From Chiloscyllium plagiosum (lineage: Eukaryota): a stretch of DNA of 64,000 bases. The stretch's first letter is position 1; each line of letters starts with the position of its first letter. Location of the stretch: positions 24,301,042 through 24,365,041 of the forward strand of contig NC_057715.1 of NCBI RefSeq assembly GCF_004010195.1, read 5' to 3'. A program made the translations under genes and the position numbers. This document shows positions 53,851-64,000 of the stretch, piece after piece. The notes under the pieces are model-generated. The model was not told the DNA's origin, did not search any database, and saw only the letters and a program-made list of their open reading frames with translations.

Positions 53851-54469
53851 AGGCAGTTACCTGACCTTCTACAGATATTGTTCACTGTTCAACAACTCTA
53901 TCTTCAACTCATTAAGATTCTCCTAATCTGTCACCAGTTACTCCAAAATTTCTAGCTGCAAGTAGAATACATACCTCTTTTTGTGTCTGTGAAAGGCATC
54001 ACTCCAACTATTTTACTGAATCCTTTTTTATGACTCAACATGATGCTTTAATCTTATTACGTAGTGATTTAGTTTCTGGGCAAAATACAACTGCCAATAT
54101 GATCTGAATGTTCCTGTATACTATATTTGCTCTTGTAACAATTGCAATGAAGATTGTGTTCCTAATGAGATGTGTGTCTTGAAATTTATGAACAATACTA
54201 GATATTTGCACTACCATAAGATCTCAGACCTACTCATAGTCTGGATTCTGTGTTTCCTGACTACATAGAGCAAAGATATTGTAACTGCAAGCAGGCTACT
54301 GTAATTACAACTTCTACTGCTATAGAGCGTGGTGCGAGTATTTTTATACTGGAATGTTATCTGTCATTATGTTATCTAACTGCCCTAAACATACACGATG
54401 TGTCTCATGTGCAATGATACAACTGATGTTGGAGCAGGAACTCCAGATCCTTTAGCTTCTTCTATCCTG

Positions 54470-55145
54470 TGGCTCAGTTAGAGTACATTCGCTTCTGAGT
54501 CAGGAGATTTAGTATTCATGTGTTACTTCAAGAATTAAGCACAAAGTCTAGACCAGCACTCCTAATACAGGAAATGCAACACTATTGGAGATAATATTTT
54601 GTGGATGAGATGTTGAATTGAGGGCCTAACTGTCGTCTTCACTGGATGTCAAAGGTCCCACGGCACTATTCTGAAGAAGTGCAAAGGGATTTTCCTGAGT
54701 GATCTGAAAAATATTTATTCCTCGCCAAACAACATCACAAAAACAGATAGCTCAGTCATTGTCATATTGCTTCTTGTGAGGGTTTGCCGTGTGCAAGTTG
54801 TCTGCCTCATTTCCTTCAGTACAACTGAAGGAAATGAGGCAGACAACCGGGCGGCACGGTAGCACAGTGGTTAGCACTGCTGCCTCACAGCACCAGAGAC
54901 CCAGGTTCAATTTGTGCAGGTCAGGTGAATTGGCCATGCTAAATTGTCTGTAGTGTTAGGTAAGGGGTAAATGTAGGGGTATGGGTGGTTTGCGCTTCGG
55001 CAGGTCGGTGTGGACTTGTTGGGCCGAAGGGCCTGTTTCCACACTGTAAAGTAATCTAATCTAAACTGTGACTACACTTCAAAAATACTTCACTGACTGT
55101 AAAATGCTTTTGGATGTGCAACAAAAGGCCTTATTTAAATGCAAA
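54470..55145 (+). mobile_element. Deu-domain SINE (SacSINE1/AmnSINE1-like) split by an HE1 insertion
   Basis: ggatgagatgtt..ggcactatt..gaagaag..aacatcac..aaaacagat..gtgtgcaagtt..tacaac[HE1]tgtgactacacttcaaaaatactt..tgtaaa. Confidence 0.75.
54849..55063 (+). mobile_element. HE1-type SINE with central deletion
   Basis: Head gggcggcacggtagcacagtggttagc..ggttcaatt joins directly to tgtgcagg..ggccatgctaaatt; tail (taatc)n. Confidence 0.92.
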
Positions 55146-55369
55146 TCCTTCTTTTTCTTTCTCTTCATTTCACTAACCAGATCTGTGTCTGATCACAGAC
55201 TGAGAAAATCAATATGAAGTTGAATATTCTACCATTAGTCCTAAATAAAAGTGGGTTGGAATGACAAGCAGAATCAAAATAGCTGACTCGTCTAAATTAA
55301 AGTCAGGCATCTTTTCATTGCTAATTTAACATAGAGACAGTCATCAAAATGACCACCATAAATTAATTA

Positions 55370-55650
55370 AAATCCATGGAGCAGATTTAGCACTGAGTTG
55401 AGGAGGAACCTTTTTCTCCAAGAAGGATGTGGACTTCCTGCACAGTGAAGTATTTGAGGCTACCCCGTTGAATGTTTTTAAGACAAAGATAGATAGATTT
55501 TTGAACAGTAAAGAGTTAAGTGTTATGGTGAGTGGGGGAATAAGCGGTCCTGAGTCCACAAATCGATCAGCCATGATCTTATTGAATGGCAGAGCAAGCT
55601 CGAGGGGCCAGATGGCCTACTCCTGCTCCTATTGCTTGTGTTCTTATGAG
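55370..55650 (+). mobile_element. CR1 LINE 3' end
   Basis: ..tttaagacaaagatagatagattt..gatcagccatgatc..gaggggccagatggcctactcctgctcct..ttcttatg. Confidence 0.8.
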
Positions 55651-55698
55651 CGGATTTTCCAGATCCAATTCATGTTAATAACTATTTTTAATTTTCTT

Positions 55699-56002
55699 TA
55701 GATTACCTACAGTGTGGAAACAGGCTCTTCGGCCCAACAAGTCCACACCGACCCTCCGAAGAGCAACCCATCCAGACCCATTCCTCTACATTCACCCCTT
55801 CACCTAACACTATGGGCAATTTAGCATGGCCAATTCACCTAACCGGCACATTTTTGGACTGTGGGAGAAAACTGGAGCAAACCCATGCAGGCACAGGGAG
55901 AATGTGCAAACTCCACACAGTGTGTAGCCTGAGGCAGGAATTGAACCCGGGTCTCTGGCACTGTGAGGTAGCAGTGCTAACCACTGTGCCACCATGCTGC
56001 CC
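55699..56002 (-). mobile_element. HE1-type SINE
   Basis: Near full-length reverse complement of 62471-62758. Confidence 0.92.
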
Positions 56003-58359
56003 ATCTTGACTTTAAAATAATTAGAGAAATTATGTAGTTGACTCTTTCCAGTTGCTCTGGTGTGCATATTATCTTAATGTAGCATGCTCAAAATGTAAAG
56101 TTATTTAACTTCCACCAAGGAGAAGAAGTGTTTGCAATATGGGCAAAGACTCTTCTTTGACCAGAGTTAAAATATGAGCAATCTTAATTTTTCTAAGGGC
56201 ATTCCCTTCTACAGAAACTTTATTCACATTTCTGATTAAGCAGGGCATGATTCAGACTATACCAGGCACAAATGGTAAATATCAATTTCTTATTGCAATT
56301 GAAGCATGACGCTTAATTAATTTCAGAATTGATTTTAAACTTATGTAGGTCAAAGATAATTGTCTACAATTAAAATAAATGTTACAGTTGAAAATTAAGC
56401 ACTAAAATAGTTTTCACAATTATTTTGTTTCATTAAAAGGTCCATTCTTCCACTCCAGATCCCAGTTCTGATACTGGGAGAATGAAATGGAGACATGGTC
56501 CAGTTAAAACATTACATCCTGAATCTTGTTTTAACACTAGTTCAGACTCGTTACTTTCATTGGCAGCACATACCATAAAAAGGCAGAAGAATTTCACTGG
56601 ATGGGAGAAGTCTTGTTCACTGCCTGGACAGCAGACTTGGGTGGGGTCATAAAAGCAGGAAATGCTAGCAATATTCAACAGACATCATCTGTGCAGAAAG
56701 AAAGAGCACCAACCTTTCAGATCAGTGAACTTGCATCAGAACTCAATTCCCAGAAAGAAAAGCAAATAAGACTTAGTCCAAACCATCTTGCATCAAAATG
56801 GGCCATCACTATGACCACTACTTCATTTCCAAGTTTTATTGATTTTCTCCTTTGGTTTGTGGGATAATTGCCTGTCCAGGCTTGCTGATTTTGTTCCAAA
56901 CATTTATTATTCTATAATTGCTGAGTTGTCTGTTCCACTGAATTATCCACTAAACAGTGAAGGTGAAATTTTCCAAATTATTTAATCAGGAACTTCAGCA
57001 AATGAAACTATTTTTACACAATAATCTAGAAACTGGATTAGGAAGCTTCAGTTTTACAGTGAACAAATGGTTGCTGGAATCTCAATATGACAGGAGACAC
57101 ATTAACAGGAACCATTCAATCTGTGCTCAGGATTTGCTGTATGCCATATTGGCTATAGTGCTTGGCTGAATCAGGCATTAGGCTCATTGCCACAGACAAT
57201 CGGGCCTACTGACAGAGGTCTTTTAGTATATGTTCTCAATTGACTGCAGCATGAGCACTGCAGATTTCTCAAGTGAACAGCATCCAGCCATGGCAAAAGA
57301 TGAGGAGATTTCTATTTTTCTCTTGGTGAAAGTAGGCGAATCCTGGTGCAGTCTGGAGGCCAGGTGCTTGGGCGACTGTTTGGGAAGGTCTGTAATGTTG
57401 GACTTGTTAATTTATTTATTTTTCTAATGTTTTCCTAAGAATTGGCACTTCAGAATCTATAAGTAGGCGCCTTTGAACCTAAGATGGTGGCTTGTAAACT
57501 TTTCACTGTACTCATGTGACAATAAATCGAATTCTAATTCTGCTCTCCAGATTATTGCAGTGGCTGCATTTTAAAATTCATTCAAGACTTAGTTAGATAA
57601 TTTTTGGACAGACAGAGGAGTGAAATTTTATGTGACCCGAGCAGGAAATAGGATTTGAGATCACAACCATATAAGCCACAGTCTTATTGAATGGTGGAGA
57701 AGGTTAGAAGGGCCAATTGACCTACACTTACCTCTACGTTCTTACCTTCTGATGTAATGTAAGCATCTTATGTGTATAATAACTCTGCGACTCTTTATGC
57801 CACCAGGACAAAACAGCATCCACTGGCAAATGTCTCCAAACTGTTAAGATTGGCTTGCTTCAAATTATCTGAATGCAGAACCAGAACTAGCAACTGTGCC
57901 CCTTCCCACACTCTTCTGACTAATCCCTACCTACACCCATCCTCTCAGATTTCGGATTGATCTAATGATAGTACTTGAAAACTGATTTTCACCTTTCTCC
58001 TGCCTGATGATGCTTGCCTTTTGACATTCAGTTGGTGCTGCAAAATGCCATGGTGGAAAGTAGGGGTTAGGTAAGGTATAGGCCTCTTGCTCATCACTTT
58101 TCACAGGACAGCTGACAGTTTCCACAGGCTTTGGTCAAGCCAATTTCCAAGCCACAATGCAAACAGTGAACAAAGTTGTTTCACTTTAGGCCACGCTGCT
58201 TTTTTCAGCTTTCCTAAAAACTGACAATGCCTTTCTTTACAATTAATTAGGTAAAAACATAGATCCATTTGATAAATTATAAATTTGGACAGCTACAATT
58301 ATTAATGTCACTGAAATAAAATCTTGCTGATAGACTTAGGATCCTAAGTCATGCCAGGC

Positions 58360-59240
58360 ACGTAGGAAGATGGTTGTGATTGTTGGAGGTCAGTCATCTC
58401 AGCATCTGGAAATCTCTGCAGACATTCCTCAGGGTAGTATCCTTGGTAACTATCTTTAGCTGATTCATCAATGATCTTCGCTCCAACGTAAGGTCAGAAA
58501 CGGAGATGTTTGACAATGATTGCACAATATTCAGCACCATTTACAATTCCTCAGACACTAAAACTGTCTATATCCAAATGCAGCAAGATCTGGACAATAT
58601 CCAAGCTCCTGCTAACAAGTGGCAAGGAATATTCATGCCACAGAATAACTATCTTCAACAAGAGAGAACCGAACCATCACTTCTTCATATGCAATTGCAT
58701 TACCATCACTGAATACCCCACTATCAATAGCTTGGTGTTACCATTGAACAAATTAAAATGATCTGAATTAATCATGTGAATATTGTGGTCACAACAGCAG
58801 TTCAGAAGGTAGGAAGCCTTCAAGGTATCTCACTTCCTATCTCTTTGAAGCACATTCTAGTCAATATGGCTGACAGATCATCCCAAGCACAGACTGTGAT
58901 CCCTGCTTACATATCTCAAGTCATATTGGACATTTCAGCAACCATTTGTTGCCTGTGAAACTGGGGCTTCCTAATCCAGTTTCTAAATTATTGTGTCAGT
59001 AAGTTTTATTTGATAAAATTCCTGATTAAATAATGTTGGGAAATTTTCATCTACAAACCATAAGTCAGGATGAAATATTCCCCACTTGGCTGGATGAGTG
59101 CAGCTCCAAAAATGCTTTTTAAGCTGACACCATCTAGAACAAAGCAGCCCATTTGATTGGTACCGCATCCACAAATATTCACATCCTCCACCACTGTTGG
59201 TCAATAACAGCAGCATGTGCTATTATCAGATGCACTGCAG
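58360..59240 (+). mobile_element. LINE family B RT and 3' fragments
   Basis: cctcagggtagtatccttgg (PQGSILG), FINDL, MFDNDCTIF..QQDLDNIQA..KWQ. Confidence 0.8.
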
Positions 59241-59486
59241 AAATTTGGGGGCAATGATAGCCTGGTGGCATTATTGCTGGGCTGTTACTCCCGAGACCCA
59301 GGTAATGCACTGGGAACATGGGTTGGAATCCTGCTATGGCAGATGGTGGAATTTAAAGTCCATTAAAAAATCTGGAAGCTATCATCCTTATTTTGTCTGA
59401 TCTACGTGTGACTCCAGATCCACAGCAATGTTGTTGACTCTTAATTGCTGTTTGGGCAATTAGGGATGGACAGTAAATGCTGCCTG

Positions 59487-59716
59487 TGAAGATTAGAGTG
59501 GTGCTGGAAAGGCATAGCAGGTCAGGCAGCACCCTAGGAGCAGGAAAATTGACATTTCAGGCAAAAGCCCTTCATCAGGAATGCTCCTCATTCCTGATGA
59601 AGAGCTTTTGACCAAAACGTCGATTCTCCTGCTCCTCGGATGCTGCCTGACCTGCTGTGACTTTCCACACCACTCTAATCTTTAATCTCCAGCGTCTGCA
59701 GTGCCCACTTCTGCCT
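59487..59716. mobile_element. Penelope family A hairpin inserted in a SINE tail
   Basis: Inverted arms of about 93 bp around ctcct (59584-59588), a tail, and a perfect 15-bp TSD agtaaatgctgcctg (59472-59486, 59717-59731). Confidence 0.92.
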
Positions 59717-59797
59717 AGTAAATGCTGCCTGGCCAGTGATGCCTCATCCTGTGAATGAATAAAGAAATTCACCAAAATTCCTTAGACAGAACCTTAC

Positions 59798-59965
59798 ATC
59801 TTCCAAAAAAAAAGTCCTGCTGTAAATGGTGTTTTTGCCATTCTTCAAATAATGATTCTGTGGTTTTCTCCATATTGTTCGACAGTATGACCAACAAATT
59901 GATAGCAGGTGGTACAGGACAGAATGTAGAATATTGCTTTTCTGCGGAGGTAGTAGACATTATAC
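59798..59965 (-). CDS. Candidate minus-strand exon (168 nt, phase 1-1): IMSTTSAEKQYSTFCPVPPAINLLVILSNNMEKTTESLFEEWQKHHLQQDFFFGR
   Basis: Acceptor gatttctatag, donor gat|gtaagg, open frame, length a multiple of 3; no homology recognised. Confidence 0.35.
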
Positions 59966-60664
59966 CTATAGAAATCTAGCACATAAAACAGATGGTTAAA
60001 CATCACAGAACAACATGTAGCACTGCGTGGAATGCAATCACTTCTTAAAACTTGTTGTGAAGCCACCAGTGAGGCAGATTATAAAGACTTTGCTCACAGC
60101 AACGAAAAAGCTTTTACAAGGAAAGATAAATCTGATTGTTGTTCTCTGTGCCATCACTGCTATTACTGTTCATTTCTCCTTGGGGAATGTAAACATGCAT
60201 TTAACATTCTATTTCAGCTGTTAAATAGCAATAGGAATTAACAGAGAAACTACAGAGGACAAGAATGTTTAGAATAATTTCACACAACTATTCAATCAGC
60301 AGAATATGTTCATAAAGGCACAGAGGAAATTTCAAGCTGTCTCAGTGCCCAAACTTAAAAGAATAATAGACTAGTAAATAGAAACATCTTCTCTGCTTTC
60401 TCCAACTGTACCCTATACATTAATAATTCCACAGAAGTTTGCTGAATCAGGAGCGTATTACTTAAACAAGATCATTCCACATTGAAAGCAATTTAGAAAT
60501 GCAAAGGGTACCCTGAACAGTCAATCAGTCTCAATTTTATAAAGCTTTATATGCATCAAAACAGAGCTAAAATGTTTTTGCCAGGAAAGGGAGTATCATT
60601 GAGTTTCCTAATACCTTGAGTTGTGCTGACAGCATATGTTTACGTGAAACAGTAATACTCTTTG

Positions 60665-61650
60665 TTTATTCCTTCAGGGCATGTGGGTGTCACTGGCTAG
60701 GCAGCCTTTATTGCCCATGAGTAATTGCCCTGGAGAAACTGGTAGTGAGTTGCCTTCTAAACCACTGCACCATGATGTTAGGAAGGGATTTTGACTCAAC
60801 ATCAGTGAAGGAACAGCAATATATTTCCAAATCGGGATGGTGAGTGACTTGTGTTGATCCTACAGGTGGTAGTGCTCCCATGCAATTACGTCTGTTGCCT
60901 TTCTAGATAAAAGACATCACAGCCTTGGAAGGTGTTTTTGATGGATTCTTGAAGAGATATTGTAATGCATCCTCGTAGACAGTGCATATTGTTGCTACTG
61001 TGCACCAGTGGTGAAGGGAGTGAAATTTGATGGTTTGATTAGGGAACAAATCAAGTGGACCACTTTGTCCTGGATAGTTTCAAGCTTCTTGAGTCTTGAT
61101 GAAGCTGCACTTGTCCGGGCAAGTGGAAAAATTCCATTACACTCCTGACTTGTCCCTTGTACATCATTAGCTAAGGTGGATGAACATTAGGGAAACGACT
61201 TGAGTTACTCACTATAGAATTCCGAGTCTCTGACCTGTTCTTGTAACTACAGAGTTGGTATGGTTAGTCCAATTCTGTTTCTGGTCAATGGGAACCCCAG
61301 GTCCTTAATACTGAGGGATTCAGTGAGGGTAATGTCTTTGAAATTCAAGGGGAAGATGGTTGGATTCTCTCTTGTTGGAGACGGTCATTGCCTGGCACTT
61401 GTGTGGCATGAATGCTACCTTCCACTTATCAACACAAGTCTGTATGTTGTCCGAGACTTGGTGCATATGGACATGGGCTATATCGGTATCTGAGGAGTCA
61501 TGAATTTGTATAGAATGCTGTGCAACCATAGGTAAATTACCCTACTTTGGCCTCGTGGTGGAGAGAAGGTGAAGCAGCTGAAAATGGTGAAGGACACTTC
61601 TTTGAGACATTCCTTTAGCAATGTCGTGGATCGAAGATTATTGACCTCCA
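60665..61650 (-). mobile_element. LINE family B RT C-terminus and 3' end
   Basis: ORF 61320-61529 DNIQTCVDKWKVAFMPHKCQAMTVSNKRESNHLPL; tail is the reverse complement of 37790-37850. Confidence 0.85.
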
Positions 61651-62470
61651 ATAACTGCCATGTGGTTGACTATCAATTACCCTCTAAAATGGCCTATCAA
61701 GCCATTCAGTTCAAAAGAATTTGGAATGGACAACAAATACTGACCTTGCCAGAGATGACCACATCCCATCACAGAATAAATTAAAGGAAAAAAAGGTAAT
61801 TGTCTTCAGGATTTTCCTGAATATTACTTCAAATGAGTGTACTATATATGATCATGACTATTCTGCTTTACTGAGGACTATTCCTTCTGCTTTTCTGTCC
61901 ATGAACCAGATTTTTTGTTCTGCTGTCAAAGTGCTTTTGCCCCCTGTCTCAAGTTGTTCAGCTTCTGCTGCTTTCTTCTATGATCTCTTTTTTTGTCCTC
62001 TAACAGTCCAAGTTTGCATCGCTATAATGAAATGTCTTTTCTAAGTCTTCTTTATATGAATAGTTTTGCCAGTAAATATCCCTTATTTAATAGCATGCGC
62101 TTATAACTTAGAGAGGCTAATTCCAATAATATATTATTGTCCTTTAGCGAAATTGCTGGTTAGACTGCGCACCACCACCCCCCTCCCAATTTTCCATTTG
62201 CCTGAGAGTGAAGTGGAGAAGTTCTCAATTGCTTGATACCTGTTTTTGCCATGAACTTGAATTCCTCATTCACAAACTGTGATCCATTATCCAAAAGTAT
62301 TGCATGTGGAAAACAATGTGTTGTGAAAATTTACTTCAATGCTGTAATCAATGAGTCCGCAGCTGTCTTGTGGTCTTGAAGCTTCGATCCAAGTATGGAA
62401 CGTTTCTTTCCATCTAAGTCAAATAAAATGTAATAGTAGCCTGCGTCATGATCTATATGAAAAATTTGAA

Positions 62471-62758
62471 GCACGGTGTCACAGTGGTTAGCACTGGCCG
62501 CCTCACAGCGCCAGAAACCTGGGTTCAAATCCTGCCTCGGGCAACTGTCTGTGTGGAGTTTGCACATTCTCCCTGTGTCTGCGTGGGTTTGCTCCGGTTT
62601 CCTCCCACAGTCTAAAGATGTGCAGGTTAGGTGATTTGGCCATGCTAAATTGCCCATGGTGTTAGGTGCAGGGGAATGGGTCTAGGTGGGTTGCTCTTCG
62701 GAGGGTCGGTGTGGACTTGTTGGGTCGAAGGGCCTGTTTCCACACTGTAATCAATCTA
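62471..62758 (+). mobile_element. HE1-type SINE nested in the Gypsy element
   Basis: gcacggtgtcacagtggttagcactg..gggttcaaatcc..tgtgtggagtttgcac..gaagggcctgtttccacactgta. Confidence 0.93.
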
Positions 62759-62849
62759 CATTAAGTGCTTTTTAGGTATTTGATTATTAATGACACAAAT
62801 AATATTCTCTATTTCTTTCTAACTGCCTGACCACCAGATAGACTGATGA

Positions 62850-62980
62850 AGCCCTGATGAAGGGCTTTTGCCAGAAACATCAATTTTCCTGCTCCTCGGA
62901 GGCTGCCTGACCTGCTGTGCTTTTTCAGCACCACTCTAATCTTGTCTCTGATCTTCAGCATCTGCAGTCCTCACTTTTGC
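62850..62980 (+). mobile_element. Short Penelope family A insertion nested in the Gypsy element
   Basis: Starts 4 nt before CTGATGAAGGGCTTTTGCCAGAAAC and ends in the tail; flanks caccagatagactgatga and caccatataaactgttga (18 bp, 3 mismatches). Confidence 0.85.
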
Positions 62981-64000
62981 CACCATATAAACTGTTGACA
63001 CTGTGTTCTATAGTTAATGATTCCTAAGTGTCCCTTTGAAGTTATGTTTAAATGTCATCTCTCCAGGACTTCAATAGAATATGCATGTGCTTATACATTA
63101 ATAGGTCATTGACAACTGTTAAGTGTTGCTTCTCTTCAGGCTATTCCTTTAGATCTTAATCTATTGGACAATATCTGGACAAACCTTACAGAAACAGTTA
63201 CTGATTCTCGTGCAGCTTTCATCTGCTTTCTGGGTTAAAATATTAGTCTTTGCTTCATGTCTGTAGCTGGTATTGTATTCATTATTCCTGTGGAAAAAGA
63301 ATCCACCTTTTAAGTGGGGCGTAAGTATTCCTTTCCAGCCTGATCAGCTGTTGCCTCGGGTAGCACATCAAATGTAATTGTGTCTTGCCCAGGATATTGA
63401 CTGTTAAGTAGTAATATCTCAGAATGTGAACCTAAACCTTTGCATTTTCAATTCCAGTTTTGCTAGTTCTTTGGATCCTAACAATGTGACTCATAGTTTG
63501 TGCCGTGTTGACCTAGGTTGACCTAGCATCTCAAACACATGAGATAATCTGAGAAACACTTGCAGTCCCATGTAATGGCTAATGCTTCTTTCTTAATTGC
63601 AGCATATCTCAGCTCTATACCTGTCAATGCTCTTGCTACAAAGTATAATGGTTTTCTACTTACAATATTATGAATTTGAATAAGAATTGACCATAATCTC
63701 AAGGAAGATTCTTTTTCCACTATTCTATACAAAATCCTGAGTTGCATTGAGTTAACTATCTTCTTTGTTTTAAAATCTGTAAATCTGTTCCAGACTCTAA
63801 CATCACTGCAGCCTTTCATGAAGAGCTCTCACAATGACTGCGTAAGAGGGGCTAGGTTAGGAATTAGTTTTCCCACTTGGTTCATTCCTACCAAAATGGC
63901 TGAATGTTGCTGATGCAGTTCAGTTGTGGGATATCAATTATAGCCACTGTCTTTTTGAGATCCACCATGATACCCTGATCCTCTCTTTTGTTCCCCAAAA

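Larger units (their letters stand above)
61800..64000 (-). mobile_element. Decayed Ty3/Gypsy pol (RT thumb, RNase H, integrase), running off the window end
   Basis: Minus-strand order: GIMVDLKKTVAI..IPNLAPLTQ; YFVARALTGIELRYAAIKKEALAITWDCKCFSDYL; LLGSK..QRFR; PHAILLDNGSQF..TSPLHSQANG; WFMDRKAEGIVL. The RT-RH-IN order indicates Gypsy. Confidence 0.88.

Noticed and set aside
54849-54915. SINE heads as tRNA genes
   Set aside because: A/B boxes are present but there is no full cloverleaf; they are embedded in HE1 SINEs.
14624-59716. Hairpin elements as DNA-transposon MITEs or miRNA genes
   Set aside because: The arms are Penelope pLTR sequence, there is a one-sided tail, the TSD length is variable and the spacers differ between copies.

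Overview
Eukaryotic, AT-rich, CpG-depleted DNA that is mostly transposon debris. The repeat content (HE1-type SINEs, HER1/CR1 LINEs, Deu-domain SINEs) points to a shark or other elasmobranch genome, probably a long intronic or intergenic stretch; this is inference from repeat recognition, not a database result. There is no intact protein-coding gene, rRNA, tRNA gene or CRISPR array. The long ORFs are decayed retroelement proteins: CR1 esterase/APE/RT, Penelope RT+GIY-YIG, Tx1/L1 RT and Gypsy RT-RNaseH-IN. A few candidate spliced exons suggest an unidentified host gene (best: 10851-10961, 25348-25431 and 43424-43522 on +; 59798-59965 on -). The most system-like signal is about 12 Penelope-derived insertions from three families. 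They carry minimal type I hammerhead ribozyme cores with covarying stem II; several are hairpins with a 3' tail and 9-18 bp target-site duplications, and the catalytic G12 is repeatedly lost by CpG decay. Hammerheads in Penelope elements are an established phenomenon, so novelty of these particular families is unproven. Other notable items: a 24-bp snap-back hairpin at a SINE 5' junction, a near-perfect 215-bp templated duplication, and a young solo LTR. Boundaries of old repeats are approximate.
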